From positions 1 through 56,973 of the forward strand of contig JAUQVK010000094.1 of NCBI GenBank assembly GCA_039794845.1: a DNA stretch of 56,973 nt. The letters run 5' to 3'. Position 1 is the stretch's first letter, and each line of letters begins with the position of its first letter. This DNA is from Thermostichus sp. DRC_bins_24 (GTDB lineage: Bacteria > Cyanobacteriota > Cyanobacteriia > Thermostichales > Thermostichaceae). Below, piece after piece: positions 54,601-56,973 of the stretch. The notes beneath the pieces are model-generated. The model was not told the DNA's origin and made no database searches. It was given only the letters and a program-made list of their open reading frames with translations. Both the position numbers and the translations under genes were made by a program.

Positions 54601-55509
54601 ATGACCCCCGAACAAGAGGAATGGCTAATCCGCAATCTGCAGTACCAGCAGGAGCAGCTGCAAGAGATGCGGGCGGAAAATCAACAGCGTCGTGAGGAGT
54701 TTCAAACTCAGCTCCAGCGCAGTCAAGAACACTTTGAGGCCCAACTTGCAGAGATGCGGGCGGAAAATCAACAGCGTCGTGAGGAGTTTCAAACTCAGCT
54801 CCAGCGCAGTCAAGAACGCTTTGAGGCCCAACTTGCAGAGATGCGGGCGGAAAATCAACAGCGTCGTGAGGAGTTTCAAACTCAGCTCCAGCGCAGTCAA
54901 GAACACTTTGAGGCCCAACTTGCAGAGATGCGGGTGGAACATCGCCACTCCGCAGAACGCTTTGAGGCCCAACTTGCAGAGATGCGGGCGGAACATCGCC
55001 ACTCCGCAGAACGCTTTGAGGCTCAACTTGCAGAGATGCGGGCGGAACATCGCCACTCCGCAGAACGCTTTGAGACTCAACTTGCAGAGATGCGGGCGGA
55101 ACATCAACGCTCTGAAGAACGATTCCAAGCTCAAATGGCCCAGATGCGGGCGGAACGTCAGGCTTCAGAAGCCCAATTCCACGTTGAGATCCACGAAATT
55201 CGGGCACTCATTCAACAGAATCAAGAGCGTATCCGGTTGAACGAAGAACGGATTCGAGCCAATGAAGAGCGTGGATACTCCCTAGAAGCCTCGGTGCAGG
55301 AATATCGCCGCGACATGCAAGCGGGGTTTGCAGAACTGCGAGAAGCCCAAGCCCTAATGATGCAACAGTTTCGGGAACGGGATGGTCGTCTGATCGAAGC
55401 CCAGTTGGGGTTCATTCGGGAAATGCGGGAAATGCAACGAGAAGTGGCAGAACTGCGTCTGGATTTCCTTAATCACATGCGCCAGTATCATCCCCCTGTA
55501 GAGCGGTGA
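54601..55509 (+). CDS. Tandem-repeat coiled-coil protein of unknown function
   Basis: Q/E/R-rich helical ORF with no Pro except at the ends; overlaps the cbiET start (GTGA). Confidence 0.8.
   Translation: MTPEQEEWLIRNLQYQQEQLQEMRAENQQRREEFQTQLQRSQEHFEAQLAEMRAENQQRREEFQTQLQRSQERFEAQLAEMRAENQQRREEFQTQLQRSQEHFEAQLAEMRVEHRHSAERFEAQLAEMRAEHRHSAERFEAQLAEMRAEHRHSAERFETQLAEMRAEHQRSEERFQAQMAQMRAERQASEAQFHVEIHEIRALIQQNQERIRLNEERIRANEERGYSLEASVQEYRRDMQAGFAELREAQALMMQQFRERDGRLIEAQLGFIREMREMQREVAELRLDFLNHMRQYHPPVER
54664..55180 (+). repeat. Intragenic tandem repeats: 3 x 87 bp, then about 4.7 x 54 bp
   Basis: Units begin at 54664, 54751, 54838 (87 bp) and 54925, 54979, 55033, 55087, 55141 (54 bp), all with a (G/C)AGATGCGGG start. 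Confidence 0.95.
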
Positions 55510-56795
55510 GTGAATTCTTGGGGCCTACTCGCATCGAAGTGGTGGGGGTGGCGTTGGAGGGTTCTGTTGCCGCTTGGGGGATCCCACCTTTATCCCAAGC
55601 CAGAACCTTGGTGGGGATCCCCAGCCTGTTGCAGCACTTTGCCGCTCATCCGGCTCGAAAGGTGCCTTTACAAGGAAGTGTCGAGGGCTGGATCCCGCTG
55701 CTCAAGCAGGAGCTGGCCAAGGGATCCCTGGTGTTGCTGGCCACGGGGGATCCCCTCTTTTTCGGGATTGGGCGACTTCTGACGGAGCATTTTCCCCCAG
55801 AGCAATTGGCTTTTTACCCACAGGTCAGCTCGGTGCAACTGGCCCTGAACCGATTGCAGATCCCCTGGCAAGAGGCGACGATCCTGAGCCTGCATGGGCG
55901 GGGGGTGGAGGCGCTCGAACCCGCCCTGAAACAAGGAGCCTCCCCCATCGTGCTGCTAACCGATCCAGATCATTCTCCAGCCGCCTTGGCTCAGTTTGTC
56001 TTGGACTTACGGCTACCGATGCGCTATCGGGCTTGGGTGTGTAGCCAACTGGGATCCCCTCAGGAACAGATTTTCTCTTGCCAGCTTGAAGATATTCAGG
56101 GTCGGCATTTTCCCAGCCCTAACCTGATGGTGTTGCGGCGGGTTGAATCGGAACCGGATCCCAGTCGCTGGCCCCTGGTGGGGATCCCGGACGATCAATT
56201 TCACACCTTTCCCGATCAACCGGGCTTGATCACCAAGCAACCGATCCGCCTGCTCACCCTCGGATCCCTGCAATTGCCCCAAGAAGGAGTGGTGTGGGAT
56301 ATCGGTTCTGGCACAGGTTCGGTGGCCATCGAAATCGCCCGCCTCTCGCGGGGGTTGCAAGTGTACGCAATCGAGCGCAATGCTACCGGCATCTGTTTAA
56401 TTAAGCGCAACAGTGAGCGCTTTGGCCTTGAGAACCTCCAAGTGATCCCGGGGGCGGCCCCACAAGTTTTGGCCACTCTGCCAGATCCCGACCGGGTGTT
56501 GTTGGGGGGAGGTGGCAAAGGGATCCCCGATCTCTTGCCCGTTTTGCAGGCTCGTTTGCGGCCCGGAGGGGTTTTGGTGGCCAATTTCGCCACCCTAGAG
56601 ACCTGTTATGAAACACTGCAATGGCTGCGGGAGCACGGTTGGCAAGTTCGGCTAGAGCATATCCAGATCTCCCGTTCCGCTACCCTTGGCGGAGGCACAC
56701 GCTTTGCCCCCCTCAACCCGGTGTATTTGCTGCAGGGGATCCCTTCATCACAAAACACGAGGCTACCGTATCATCCTCATGCGGAACAGCTGTAG
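55506..56795 (+). CDS. cobL: Bifunctional precorrin-6Y C5,15-methyltransferase (CbiE-CbiT)
   Basis: LATGDPLFFGIG, SLHGR, ITK..IR and WDIGSGTGSV. Confidence 0.93.
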   Translation: MSEFLGPTRIEVVGVALEGSVAAWGIPPLSQARTLVGIPSLLQHFAAHPARKVPLQGSVEGWIPLLKQELAKGSLVLLATGDPLFFGIGRLLTEHFPPEQLAFYPQVSSVQLALNRLQIPWQEATILSLHGRGVEALEPALKQGASPIVLLTDPDHSPAALAQFVLDLRLPMRYRAWVCSQLGSPQEQIFSCQLEDIQGRHFPSPNLMVLRRVESEPDPSRWPLVGIPDDQFHTFPDQPGLITKQPIRLLTLGSLQLPQEGVVWDIGSGTGSVAIEIARLSRGLQVYAIERNATGICLIKRNSERFGLENLQVIPGAAPQVLATLPDPDRVLLGGGGKGIPDLLPVLQARLRPGGVLVANFATLETCYETLQWLREHGWQVRLEHIQISRSATLGGGTRFAPLNPVYLLQGIPSSQNTRLPYHPHAEQL

Positions 56796-56856
56796 CAGCG
56801 CGCAGTGGGGGATCCCCTCATACGAGAAGGTCAAAGTTCTGCTCAAAAGCTAACTC

Positions 56857-56886
56857 AAAAAAATCCCCCGGCCATAGCCAGGGGAT
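56857..56886 (-). terminator. Terminator downstream of psbA
   Basis: Minus strand ATCCCCTGGC-TATG-GCCGGGGGAT-TTTTTT. Confidence 0.75.
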
Positions 56887-56932
56887 CCCAATCAACTCAC
56901 TAGACCAATGATTCGAGTCGCTGAGTTAAGCC

Positions 56933-56973
56933 TCAGCCACGGATGGCCGGAGCAGACTCCACAGCCGCCAAAT
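56933..56973 (-). CDS. psbA: Probable 3' end of photosystem II D1 protein (partial)
   Basis: The minus strand reads (D)LAAVESAPAIRG*, resembling the D1 C-terminus after NFPL, followed by a terminator. Only 41 nt are visible. Confidence 0.7.
   Translation of the reverse strand, partial: LAAVESAPAIRG

Noticed and set aside
54664..55180. Possible CRISPR array
   Set aside because: The units are contiguous and in-frame with no unique spacers, and no cas genes are present.
54362..55207. Long antisense repetitive ORF
   Set aside because: A shadow of the stop-free tandem repeats that also overlaps cobH.

Overview
Chromosomal window from a cyanobacterium, most likely a thermophilic hot-spring Synechococcus/Thermostichus. 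This is inferred from apcABC, psaD, psb30, the psbA 3' end and the very frequent palindrome GGGATCCC instead of the usual HIP1 GCGATCGC. Most genes are housekeeping (fmt, ppc, hslO, dps, ppk1, typA, hemA, glpX, prx, rimP-nusA, ubiX, cobH, cbiET). The accessory features most worth following up are: (1) an amidohydrolase, ferritin-like diiron protein and BFD-like [2Fe-2S] operon behind a consensus NtcA class II promoter; (2) a DUF4388, roadblock, protoglobin and MglA-type GTPase operon; (3) a long paired leader RNA upstream of mgtC, interrupted by a MITE and convergent with a yybP-ykoY-controlled Mn exporter; (4) a five-copy TA-flanked MITE family; (5) IS200/IS605 remnants; (6) a tandem-repeat coiled-coil gene inside a cobalamin operon; (7) several pseudogenes and pseudo-enzymes. 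All family calls are from motif recognition by eye; no database searches were run.
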